Source: Bacilli bacterium (GTDB taxonomy: Bacteria; Bacillota_I; Bacilli_A; RFN20; CAG-826). Taken from it: 64,000 nt of DNA. A model generated the notes under the pieces. The model was not told the origin of the DNA and ran no database searches. It saw only the letters and a list, made by a program, of their open reading frames with translations. The DNA lies in contig JAILIV010000076.1 in NCBI GenBank assembly GCA_024695105.1, positions 5,156-69,155 on the forward strand. The letters are read 5' to 3'. A program made the position numbers and the translations under genes. Positions 47,839-57,314 of this stretch are shown here, piece after piece (position 1 is the stretch's first letter; every line of letters starts with the position of its first letter).

Positions 47839-48449
47839 GAGGCCGCAGCAAGCCTTGGGCGGTCCCTTACCTCCAGGCGCATCCCGAACTGATTTACCCT
47901 GAGCTCCCAGAAAGCGACGAATTCCTTTCCTATTCCCCTCTATATCTGGAAATTGGGATGGGGAAGGGCGATTTCCTTCTTGGCTTAAGCCAAAAGAAGC
48001 CCGGACATTACCTAGGGTTAGAGCGTGACCTTTCCATCTTAGCTACCGCAGCGAAGAAGATCGAAATGCTCGGAAGTCCGAACATCCGTTTGCTTGGCGG
48101 CGATTTCGACGACCTATTTGAACAGCTTAACCGTTATCGGTTCGATGCCATTTATCTGAATTTCTCCGATCCATGGCCGAAGAAACGCCACGCGAAGAGA
48201 AGGCTGACGGAACATAACCGCCTTGCCCGGATCGCTAGCTTATTGAAACCCGGCGCGCATATCGTCATGAAAACCGATAACCCGATTCTTTACGCCTTCA
48301 CGTTGGAAGAGGTTCCTTTGGCGGGATTAAAACTCCTTTCCTCCACCGACCATTACGAATTCGACGAAGCGGGAGACGCCATGTCGGAATACGAGGCCCG
48401 TTTCCGCGCCCTAGGCCAGCCCATTCACCGTCTGATCATCGGCAAATAG
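47835..48449 (+). CDS. trmB: tRNA (guanine46-N7)-methyltransferase
   Basis: LEIGMGKGDF, NFSDPWPKKRHAKRRL. The GTG start overlaps the pepV TGA. Confidence 0.9.
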   Translation: MRGRSKPWAVPYLQAHPELIYPELPESDEFLSYSPLYLEIGMGKGDFLLGLSQKKPGHYLGLERDLSILATAAKKIEMLGSPNIRLLGGDFDDLFEQLNRYRFDAIYLNFSDPWPKKRHAKRRLTEHNRLARIASLLKPGAHIVMKTDNPILYAFTLEEVPLAGLKLLSSTDHYEFDEAGDAMSEYEARFRALGQPIHRLIIGK

Positions 48450-48753
48450 TTTTCTGAAAAAGTATCCCGGATTTTCACCTGGGATGAAAACAACGCCAAT
48501 AAGGAAAAGGGAAAACGCCAAAAAGAAAAGCATGTTTTCATTCCGTTTCATTATTTGATGATAACCGATATTTCGTTTCGTTTCCTTCTCGATATACGCG
48601 AGGATTCAATAAAAAGGACAATGAGAATAATCTAGTAATCATCGGAATTTTATTGGTAATAACCCGACTTAAACTGACAAAAATGGAATCTTTTTTATTT
48701 TGTCAATCAACCATTGACTTTTCGCTGATTCGCATCAAATTTTCAGAAATTTC

Positions 48754-48769
48754 ATGAAAATCTTTTCAT
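48754..48769. promoter_or_regulatory. 16-bp perfect palindrome ATGAAAA-TC-TTTTCAT upstream of the LacI-family gene (candidate operator)
   Basis: A perfect inverted repeat. Its half-site TGAAAA matches LacI/CcpA-type operators (TGAAAnCGnTTTCA). It lies 52-67 nt upstream of ATG 48821 and overlaps the -35 area of a TATGAT -10 candidate at 48786-48791. Confidence 0.5.
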
Positions 48770-48820
48770 TTTCTTTCCGTGCGTCTATGATGTGCGCGCC
48801 ACCGATAAAGGAGGTACGTT

Positions 48821-49828
48821 ATGCAAAACCTAAAAGACAGAGTCACCATCTACCAAGTCGCCCAGGCCGCCGGGGTCTCCCTCGCCACGGTCTCCCGTGT
48901 CATTAACAAATCGGAATCGGTTACTCCCGCCACGCGGAAGAAAGTCCAAGACACCATCGACGCACTTGGCTATAAACCGAGCGGTCTTGCGCAGGCCTTA
49001 GCCACGAACCGTTCGACCAACATCGGCGTCATCATCCCCTCCGCGAACTATGTGTATATCGCCAACATGCTCTCGGGCATCACCGAAGTGGCGAAGGAGA
49101 AGAACTACCAGTTGACCTTGTTCACCACGTCCCATTCCCGCGACGAGGCCATCTCCACCATCGAGAAGGTCATCACGGCCCATGTGGATGGCACCATCAT
49201 CTTTGATGACCAGCTTTCCCAGGACGACGTTACCAAAATCGCTTCCTATAACGTTCCCTCGGTCGTCATCGACAACAAGATCCAAGGCGATCGCGTCGCG
49301 GATATCCGTTTCTCCTATGACTCCGCGTTAGAGGCCATTATCAAGGAGTACTATAGCAACGGCGGGGAAAATCCCATGGCTTTCCTCCACGTCCATGACG
49401 CCGGTCGTTTGCTTGGCCGCTGCGAGAAGATCTTCCTGAAGACCCATGAGGAACTTGGGAAGGACTACCGCATCGTCAATTGCCGCGATTCCTACACCCA
49501 GACGTACCAACAGTTCTTGGATTACTTCAAGGATCCGAGCAACCAGCGTGGGTTCTACGTTTGCTATCGCGATTCCATCGCCGCCGCTGTGCTTAACGCC
49601 GCGACCGATTCGGGAATCAAGGTTCCGGAGCAAGTCGAAGTGCTTTCCTTGGTCGCGACCAAATACGCTTACATCGTCCGTCCGACGCTTACCGCCATGC
49701 ACATCGACATGATCGACGTAGGCAAACGGGCCATGTACATGCTCACCGACCTGATGAACCAAGACCTCGTGGTGAAAACCGCGCGCGTTGAGGCCAAATT
49801 GGTCCCGGGTCAGTCCACCAAGAAGTAG
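48821..49828 (+). CDS. LacI-family transcriptional regulator
   Basis: The HTH VTIYQVAQAAGVSLATVSRVINKSESVTPATRKKV is followed by a periplasmic-binding-protein-like sugar-binding domain. SD AAAGGAGG upstream. Confidence 0.9.
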   Translation: MQNLKDRVTIYQVAQAAGVSLATVSRVINKSESVTPATRKKVQDTIDALGYKPSGLAQALATNRSTNIGVIIPSANYVYIANMLSGITEVAKEKNYQLTLFTTSHSRDEAISTIEKVITAHVDGTIIFDDQLSQDDVTKIASYNVPSVVIDNKIQGDRVADIRFSYDSALEAIIKEYYSNGGENPMAFLHVHDAGRLLGRCEKIFLKTHEELGKDYRIVNCRDSYTQTYQQFLDYFKDPSNQRGFYVCYRDSIAAAVLNAATDSGIKVPEQVEVLSLVATKYAYIVRPTLTAMHIDMIDVGKRAMYMLTDLMNQDLVVKTARVEAKLVPGQSTKK

Positions 49829-49846
49829 GGGATTCAATTACAACGG

Positions 49847-49876
49847 AAGCCGCAACAAGCGGCTTTTCTTTTTTTC
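49847..49876 (+). terminator. rho-independent terminator after the LacI-family gene
   Basis: AAGCCGC-AACAA-GCGGCTT followed by TTCTTTTTTT. Confidence 0.8.
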
Positions 49877-49966
49877 GAGGTTAGTTGCCTTCCTTGTGTC
49901 TTATAGAAGGTGTAACGGAGTGCAATAGGGCAAAGCGAGCATAGCTCGGATCATGCCGAAAACAAA

Positions 49967-49993
49967 TTAGCAGTCTAAACTTGACAGTGCTAA
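49967..49993 (+). promoter_or_regulatory. CIRCE (HrcA operator) overlapping the groESL promoter
   Basis: TTAGCAGTC-N9-CAGTGCTAA compared with the consensus TTAGCACTC-N9-GAGTGCTAA, one mismatch per arm. A TTGACA -35 hexamer (49981-49986) sits across the spacer and right arm. Confidence 0.85.
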
Positions 49994-50037
49994 AAATCTT
50001 CCTAAGATATATAGGCAGAACAAGGAGCGTCACAACC

Positions 50038-50316
50038 ATGATCAAACCATTGAACGACATTGTCCTTTTGGAAAAAGTACCTTCGGAAAAGAAGGTGGGT
50101 TCCATCATCCTCACCAAAGAGGAGAAAGCCGCTAACGTCGGCACCATAGTCGCCGTCGGCCCTGGCCTCAAGGATGAGGAAGGCAAACTGATTCCCACCA
50201 CCGTGAAGGTTGGACAAAAGGCGATTTACCGCGAATATAGCGGCACCGAATATGAGGACGAAGGACATAAATACATTCTTCTTAAAGAAGAGGACATCCT
50301 CGCCATCGTCGAATAA
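50038..50316 (+). CDS. groES: co-chaperonin GroES
   Basis: MIKPLNDIVLLEKV...GTIVAVGPG. SD AAGGAG at 50022-50027. Confidence 0.95.
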   Translation: MIKPLNDIVLLEKVPSEKKVGSIILTKEEKAANVGTIVAVGPGLKDEEGKLIPTTVKVGQKAIYREYSGTEYEDEGHKYILLKEEDILAIVE

Positions 50317-51951
<1,635 letters not shown>

Positions 51952-51968
51952 TCCTTAACGGAATCGCT

Positions 51969-52003
51969 AAACCGCCTCCTTTAATAATGTGGGGCGGTTT
52001 TTC
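51969..52003 (+). terminator. terminator after groEL
   Basis: AAACCGCC (51969-51976) pairs with GGCGGTTT (51993-52000), followed by a T-run. The loop is long (16 nt). Confidence 0.6.
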
Positions 52004-52019
52004 ATGCCACGCATTGAAA

Positions 52020-52829
52020 ATTATCGGTTGTTCGGTAGGCTTTCCTGTGAGCGTCTATCACACATTCGAGAAGTTTTATGCTTTCTTCGCGGGCAAGAAG
52101 CCGCGCAGGAAGCGTTTTAACTTTGAGGTTCATTTGACCGATTCCTGCAATTTGAATTGCAAAGGGTACTTCCATTTCGCCCCTTTGGCGCGGCAAGGCC
52201 AAGATTATCCTCTTGATGAGTTCGAGCAAGAGATGGAGCGTCTTGGGCAATTGTTCGGAGGTAAGTTCGGTTGGGTTCGTCTTATGGGCGGAGAGCCCTT
52301 GCTCAATCCAAAAATCCAAGATTATCTTCGGGCGTGCCGTCGGCATATTCAAGATGGGCAAGTCGATTTGGTCACCAATGGCACGCTTCTAATGAAGATG
52401 AGCGACAGTTTCTTCGAATGCTGCAAGGAAAACCATATTTGCATCACGGTCACCCGTTTCCCATTTTTCTGGACTAAGAAGAACTAGGACGGTTCGTCCG
52501 TGGAAAGGGATGCGACTTCGCATCGTATGGCGACCGCCGCGGGGAGAAGGGCTTTTGTCATCCGCATTTTCACGAAGAACCAGTTTTCCCTTATAAAAAG
52601 GCGTTTATCCAATGCGATATCGCCTATGCTTGCGTGACGCTTCACCATGGACGTCTATTCCCATGTTCCGCATCCGCGTATTCTTTTTTTGCTTAAAGAG
52701 TACTTCCATGTGGATGGTTTCAACGGACTGCATGACTCCATATCCATCTACGAGCATTCCGCGGAGGAAATCGTGGATTTCTTACGCACGCCCCATCCCT
52801 TTTGCGCCCATTGCAACGTTAAGGGATGA
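52020..52829 (+). pseudogene. decayed radical SAM (SPASM/4Fe4S-type) enzyme gene
   Basis: The N-terminal piece is in frame 0 (HLTDSCNLNCKGY.., with the third Cys of CxxxCxxC now TAC Tyr at 52167-52169). The middle piece is in another frame (PIFLD-TAA-EELGRFVRGKGCDF...CVTLHHGRLFPC). The C-terminal piece is back in frame 0 (..FLRTPHPFCAHCNVKG). That makes at least 2 frameshifts and 1 nonsense codon. Confidence 0.7.
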
Positions 52830-52922
52830 AACCATAAGCGGATTCCTTGGGAAAGAAGCAAGAAGGAAAAGGGCGAATGGGTTGTTTTGAATCGGGAGGA
52901 AAAGCGCGATGAGACATAAGAT

Positions 52923-52943
52923 CTTCGACCCGAAGCTTTTTTT
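52923..52943 (+). terminator. terminator-like hairpin downstream of the pseudogene
   Basis: CTTCG-ACC-CGAAG followed by C and then TTTTTTT. Confidence 0.5.
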
Positions 52944-53113
52944 CCGTGATCACCAGCGGTCTGATGGCCGTTATGAGTCAATATATCGGGCTGAAGAAGA
53001 AGGCATTGGTTTCCAAAGAAGAAGTCGCGACGAAAGAGGTCCAATAAGCCGTTACGCACGCAGTGTGCGCGTTTGCAGTGGCGCGCGCTTATTTACGCGT
53101 CTACAATATGCGC

Positions 53114-54370
53114 ATGGCAAACATCATTGACGAATTGAATTACCGGGGGCTGATCGAACAGTACTCCGACGAAAAGAAAGTCCGCGAAATGCTGGAGAAG
53201 AAACAGGCCATTTATTGTGGCTTCGATCCTTCTGCCTCCTCGATGCACTTAGGCAACTACGTGATGATCTCGTTGCTCAAGCGTTTCCAATTGGCTGGCC
53301 ACAAAGTGGTTGCCGTTGTTGGCGGTGCGACGGGCATGATTGGCGACCCTTCGGGGAAATCCAGTGAGCGTAACCTTCTTACCAAGGAACGTTTGGCGGA
53401 AAACACGGCTTCCATCAAAGCCCAACTTGAGAAGTACATCGATTTGGAAGACCCCGAGAAAGGCGCGATTGTCTCGAACCTTGATTGGCTAGGCGAACTA
53501 TCGATGATCGACTTCCTTCGCGACTATGGGAAGTACTTCTCGGTGAATTACATGCTTTCGAAAGAAATCGTGAAGTCGCGTCTTGAAGCGGGCATTTCCT
53601 TTACGGAGTTTGCCTATCAAATCCTTCAATCCATCGACTTCTACCATTTGCACCACGCCTTGGGCGTCACGATGCAAATCGGGGGCAACGACCAGTGGGG
53701 CAACCTTACTTCCGGCCTAGAGCTCATCCGCAAGATCGATGGGGAAGGCGAAGAAGTGGCTGTCATGACTGGCAAGCTCATCCTTCGCAGCGATGGCAAG
53801 AAGTTCGGCAAGTCAGAGAAGGGCGCGCTTTTCCTCGATCCGAAGCTCACCTCTCCCTATGAGATTTACCAGTGGTTCTATAACGTCACCGACGAGGACG
53901 CGATCCGCTTCTTGAAGATCTTCTCCTTCCTCGCTCCGGAACAAATCACCGAAGTGGAGAAGGAACATGTGGCGAACCCTGGATCCCGCATCGGCCAAAA
54001 GAAACTGGCCTATGAAATCACCAAAGACCTCCATGGGGTCGCCGAGGCAGACCATGCGGTCGAACTAAGCGAAGCGCTTTTCCAAGGAAAGGTTGGGTCG
54101 CTTAGCGAAGAAGACATCGAGTTGGTGTTCGGCTCGTTCAAGAAAGAGGTCGCCGAAGAGAAACCCATCGAAGACCTTTTGGTGGAAATCGGTGCCGCTT
54201 CCAGCAAGCGTGAAGCCCGCACGTTCGTTCAGGGGAATTCCGTTTTGGTCAATGGCGAAAAGGTCACCGAACTTGGGACGATCATTGGCAAAAGCAATGC
54301 CTTATTCGGCAAATACGCGTTGATTCGCCGTGGCAAAAAGAACTACTATCTCGTTCATTTCGTCGGTTAA
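53114..54370 (+). CDS. tyrS: tyrosyl-tRNA synthetase
   Basis: HIGH-type motif (SSMHLGNY), KFGKS motif, and a C-terminal S4 domain. The start was set at ATG 53114 (MANIIDELNYRGL). Confidence 0.95.
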   Translation: MANIIDELNYRGLIEQYSDEKKVREMLEKKQAIYCGFDPSASSMHLGNYVMISLLKRFQLAGHKVVAVVGGATGMIGDPSGKSSERNLLTKERLAENTASIKAQLEKYIDLEDPEKGAIVSNLDWLGELSMIDFLRDYGKYFSVNYMLSKEIVKSRLEAGISFTEFAYQILQSIDFYHLHHALGVTMQIGGNDQWGNLTSGLELIRKIDGEGEEVAVMTGKLILRSDGKKFGKSEKGALFLDPKLTSPYEIYQWFYNVTDEDAIRFLKIFSFLAPEQITEVEKEHVANPGSRIGQKKLAYEITKDLHGVAEADHAVELSEALFQGKVGSLSEEDIELVFGSFKKEVAEEKPIEDLLVEIGAASSKREARTFVQGNSVLVNGEKVTELGTIIGKSNALFGKYALIRRGKKNYYLVHFVG

Positions 54371-54391
54371 TTGCAACGTTTTACGCTATAT

Positions 54392-54417
54392 AGCCTTCCC
54401 GCAAGGGGAGGCTTTTT
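54392..54417. terminator. bidirectional terminator between tyrS and the DUF362 gene
   Basis: AGCCTTCCC-GCAA-GGGGAGGCT (9 bp, one G-U pair) followed by TTTT. Confidence 0.8.
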
Positions 54418-55300
54418 AGTCTAAGGCGACCAGTTCGTATTCTTGACTGCCTAGCCCGTGTTGCGCGGCGGCTTCCACGGTGTGGATACCATGGCGGGAG
54501 TCCATGCGTTCGATAAGGGCGGCCTTGCCTGGATCATCGCCGTTTTTGACCGCGTCATAGCAAGCTTGGTCGATGGCGACGGGGTCTAAGGAAGCGAAGA
54601 TGCCCAGGTCGGCCATTTCCGGTTCGTGGGGGTTGGGGTCGCAGTCACAATCCACGGAGAGGCGGTTGGCGACGTTGATGTAGGCCATGTTTTCAGGGCC
54701 TACGTGATGGATGACGGCTTCGCAGGCATCTGCCATCGATTCGAGGAAATGGTCTTGCTCTGGGAGTTTGGACCAGCATTCTTCCGCTTTGTCCGTGACC
54801 CCGGCGGAATGGATGTAAGCTTTGCCCGCGGTGGAAGCGATGCCAATGGCGATATTCTTTAAGGCGCCCCCAAAGCCGCCCATCATGTGTCCTTTGAAAT
54901 GGGAAAGGATAAGGATGGAGTCATAAAGGTCGAGGTCTTTGCCCACGATGTCTTTGTCGAGGTGGAATCCATTATGCACAGGGATGTCGATTTGTCCGTG
55001 CTCGTCCATAAGGTTTACTTTGAAACGGGGAACGAAACCATGGCTCTTAATGGTATCCCAGTGCTTTTCCGGGTCTTGGCGGGATCCACCATAGGCGGTG
55101 CAACACTCGATGATGGTGCCGTCTAGGGAATCGACAAGGCCACCGATGAGCTCGGGCTTGAGGTAGTTATGGCCGCCCATCTCGCCGGTGGAGATTTTCA
55201 CGCCGACGTTGCCTTTTAGCTCAAGGCCTAAAGCCTTATAGATACGAATTAGGCTTTCTGGGGTGATTTCACGGATGAAGTAGACTTTGGATTTTCCCAT
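54416..55300 (-). CDS. DUF362-domain protein
   Basis: MGKSKVYFI...VGVKISTGE...IIECCTAYGG...HFKGHMMGGFGGALKN is typical of DUF362. SD AAGGAAA precedes ATG 55300. Confidence 0.7.
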   Translation of the reverse strand: MGKSKVYFIREITPESLIRIYKALGLELKGNVGVKISTGEMGGHNYLKPELIGGLVDSLDGTIIECCTAYGGSRQDPEKHWDTIKSHGFVPRFKVNLMDEHGQIDIPVHNGFHLDKDIVGKDLDLYDSILILSHFKGHMMGGFGGALKNIAIGIASTAGKAYIHSAGVTDKAEECWSKLPEQDHFLESMADACEAVIHHVGPENMAYINVANRLSVDCDCDPNPHEPEMADLGIFASLDPVAIDQACYDAVKNGDDPGKAALIERMDSRHGIHTVEAAAQHGLGSQEYELVALD

Positions 55301-55384
55301 GGTTGTTTCCTTTTTCTTATCATACGGAAGTGCGCGCATCTTTTCATGTGTTTTGCATTATGGTTGTTACGTCAATGAGCAACG

Positions 55385-55409
55385 AAAAAGCCACCGTGTG
55401 ACCGATGGC
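55385..55409 (-). terminator. rho-independent terminator after rpsD
   Basis: On the minus strand: GCCATCG-GTCACA-CGGTGGC (one G-U pair) followed by TTTTT. Confidence 0.75.
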
Positions 55410-55434
55410 TTTGCTACTGTTGGGGTTTCCCGGA

Positions 55435-56031
55435 TTAGAGCTTACGGTTGTAGTACTCGATGATCTGGGATTCGTTGATTTCCTGCGGCAGCTCGTTGCG
55501 TTCGGGCTGACGGAGGTAGGTGCCTTCGAACTTGGCGTCATCGACTTTGACGAAGCCGCAGGTGGAGGGCTTGGACTCGAGGGCCTCTTTCACGACCTTG
55601 AGCGGGCTGTCTTCCTTGAAGGAGATGACGTCGTTGACGTTGCAGAGGTAGGAGGGGATGTCCACCTTCTTGCCGTTGACGAGGACGTGACCGTGGTTCA
55701 CGAGTTGACGGGCACCGGCGCGGGTGCGGGAGAAGCCCATGCGGTAGACGAGGTTGTCGAGGCGGGATTCCAAGATGCGGAAGAAGGCCAAGCCGGTGAC
55801 GGTGGGGTCTTTCTTCGCGATGAGGAAGAGGCGGCGGAACTGACGTTCAGAGACGCCATAGAGGCTCCGGAGTTTCTGCTTCTCGAGGAGCTGGAGGCCG
55901 TATTCGGAGGGTTTCCGTTTACGATCTTGGCCGTGTTGGCCCGGGCCATAGGGGCGCTTTTTGAGCTCATCACCGGTCTCGAGGGTCGAGAATCCAAGGT
56001 GACGGCTCCGTTTCCATGCGGATTTGGACAT
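55435..56031 (-). CDS. rpsD: 30S ribosomal protein S4
   Basis: WKRSRHLG, LESRLDNLVYRMGF, and the S4 RNA-binding domain VLVNGKKVDIPSY. Confidence 0.95.
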   Translation of the reverse strand: MSKSAWKRSRHLGFSTLETGDELKKRPYGPGQHGQDRKRKPSEYGLQLLEKQKLRSLYGVSERQFRRLFLIAKKDPTVTGLAFFRILESRLDNLVYRMGFSRTRAGARQLVNHGHVLVNGKKVDIPSYLCNVNDVISFKEDSPLKVVKEALESKPSTCGFVKVDDAKFEGTYLRQPERNELPQEINESQIIEYYNRKL

Positions 56032-56221
56032 GTTTCATGTCTCCTTTCTTTGTGCGTTTACAAAGTCCAGAGGGTATCTTCTGCCTTCCGGGTGTCGGAG
56101 CTTCCGTTCGGCCCGAGTAGCGCGGGCTTACTTGTTTTCATTTACCGACGTCGGGCGAAGGCATAGATGCCTGCTGCTTTCACGCGAGGAGGATTATACG
56201 TATATGCACGTGGGAAAGCAA
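56032..56221 (-). promoter_or_regulatory. rpsD promoter (TTGCTT-17-TATAAT) plus a ~155-nt structured 5' leader
   Basis: On the minus strand: -35 TTGCTT (56221-56216), a 17-nt spacer, and -10 TATAAT (56198-56193). A long GC-rich leader with hairpins (for example GCCCG-CGCTACT-CGGGC) runs before SD AAAGGAG. Confidence 0.55.
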
Positions 56222-56284
56222 ACACATTTTTCGGAGTGGGGATAAACCGCTTTGTTCTCGGTGGTTTTCGAGTAAAATACGACC

Positions 56285-57163
56285 ATGCGGAAACTAACGG
56301 GTGTGTGCACGATCATCGGCGTCTACATGATGATTTTCGGCGCCGTGTCCCTTCCCGGATCCCTTTTCCACACGAAGCTAGGGTGGCCTTTGCTCCCCAA
56401 CCTATTGCTCCTAGATGTCATCGCCACCGTTTTGGTGTTCATCGTGGGATATTTCGTGAAGTCCCCTTCGTTTTACGACCCGTATTGGTCGGTGCAGACG
56501 TGGATATTCTATTTGTTCGTGCTGATTGAATATGGCAACTGGAACGTGGGCAGCGTTTTGGTGTTCGCCGTATTGACCTTCTATTCCGTTCGCTTGACGG
56601 TCCATTTCTTCATCGGCTTTGACGATTTGCAATACGTGGATTGGCGGTACCGGATGTTGCGACAGAAGGCGGGCAAAAACTTTCAGCTTGTCAGTTTCTT
56701 CGGTATCCACATGATGCCTACCCTGTTGGTGTATTTGGCGTCGGTCCCGTTTTTCCTTTATGCGGAAAACTGGGCGTTCCACCCACTGGATATCATCGGT
56801 CTGTCCGTCATGGTTGCCGCGGTGACGGTGGAAATGGTCGCCGACCTCCAAATGAAGAAGTGGCGCGCCACGCGTTCCAGCCGCGAAGAAGTGGGGGAAG
56901 TGGGTTTGTGGAAATATTCCCGCCATCCGAATTACCTCGGGGAGATATCTTTCTGGTTCGGTGGGGCGTTATTGCTGCTCGCCCATCTAGACCATTGGTA
57001 TTGGATGGCTGGCGCCATAGCGATACTGGTCTTGTTCTTGGTCGTATCCATCCCCATGATCGAGAAGAACTTCCTGACGTACAAACCAGATTATCCGGAA
57101 TACCAAAGACGGACTCATATGCTGCTGATCCTTCCACTAAAAGGCGGCAAAAAGAATCCGTAA
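56285..57163 (+). CDS. DUF1295 / steroid-5-alpha-reductase-like membrane protein
   Basis: Signature GLWKYSRHPNYLGEISFWFG, in a multi-TM protein. Confidence 0.75.
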   Translation: MRKLTGVCTIIGVYMMIFGAVSLPGSLFHTKLGWPLLPNLLLLDVIATVLVFIVGYFVKSPSFYDPYWSVQTWIFYLFVLIEYGNWNVGSVLVFAVLTFYSVRLTVHFFIGFDDLQYVDWRYRMLRQKAGKNFQLVSFFGIHMMPTLLVYLASVPFFLYAENWAFHPLDIIGLSVMVAAVTVEMVADLQMKKWRATRSSREEVGEVGLWKYSRHPNYLGEISFWFGGALLLLAHLDHWYWMAGAIAILVLFLVVSIPMIEKNFLTYKPDYPEYQRRTHMLLILPLKGGKKNP

Positions 57164-57314
57164 AACCCGCAAAAAGCGTTTGGATTGCGAAAAAATAGTC
57201 GTCAAAAAGACGGTGTTTTCTTTGGGAATAAGGCAAGGGACCCAGAAGAATCTTTGCGGAAGATGTACGTTTGTGCGTGCGAGGGCGTGGGGGCGATGGT
57301 AAACTAGTGGCGTT

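Noticed and set aside
48590-48670. A possible small ORF (about 25 aa, ATGATAACCGAT...) or mobile-element remnant in the AT-rich spacer.
   Set aside because: There is no ribosome-binding site and no terminal inverted repeats flanked by a target duplication. No transposase or integrase fragment appears in any frame.
52830-53113. A possible T-box riboswitch upstream of tyrS. Two CCGTTA (F-box-like) hexamers and a TGGT tetramer are present.
   Set aside because: There is no copy of the conserved T-box sequence (GGGTGGTACCGCG), no convincing specifier-loop/Stem I architecture, and no terminator/antiterminator pair adjacent to the ATG. A -10-like TACAAT sits 6 nt from the start codon. A covariance-model scan is needed to be definitive.
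52909-53130. A 73-aa ORF, together with the antisense 103-aa ORF at 52748-53059, in the gap between the pseudogene and tyrS.
   Set aside because: There is no SD, the basic low-complexity translation is unlike a real protein, and the ORF overlaps the tyrS promoter and start. This is most likely non-coding remnant DNA.
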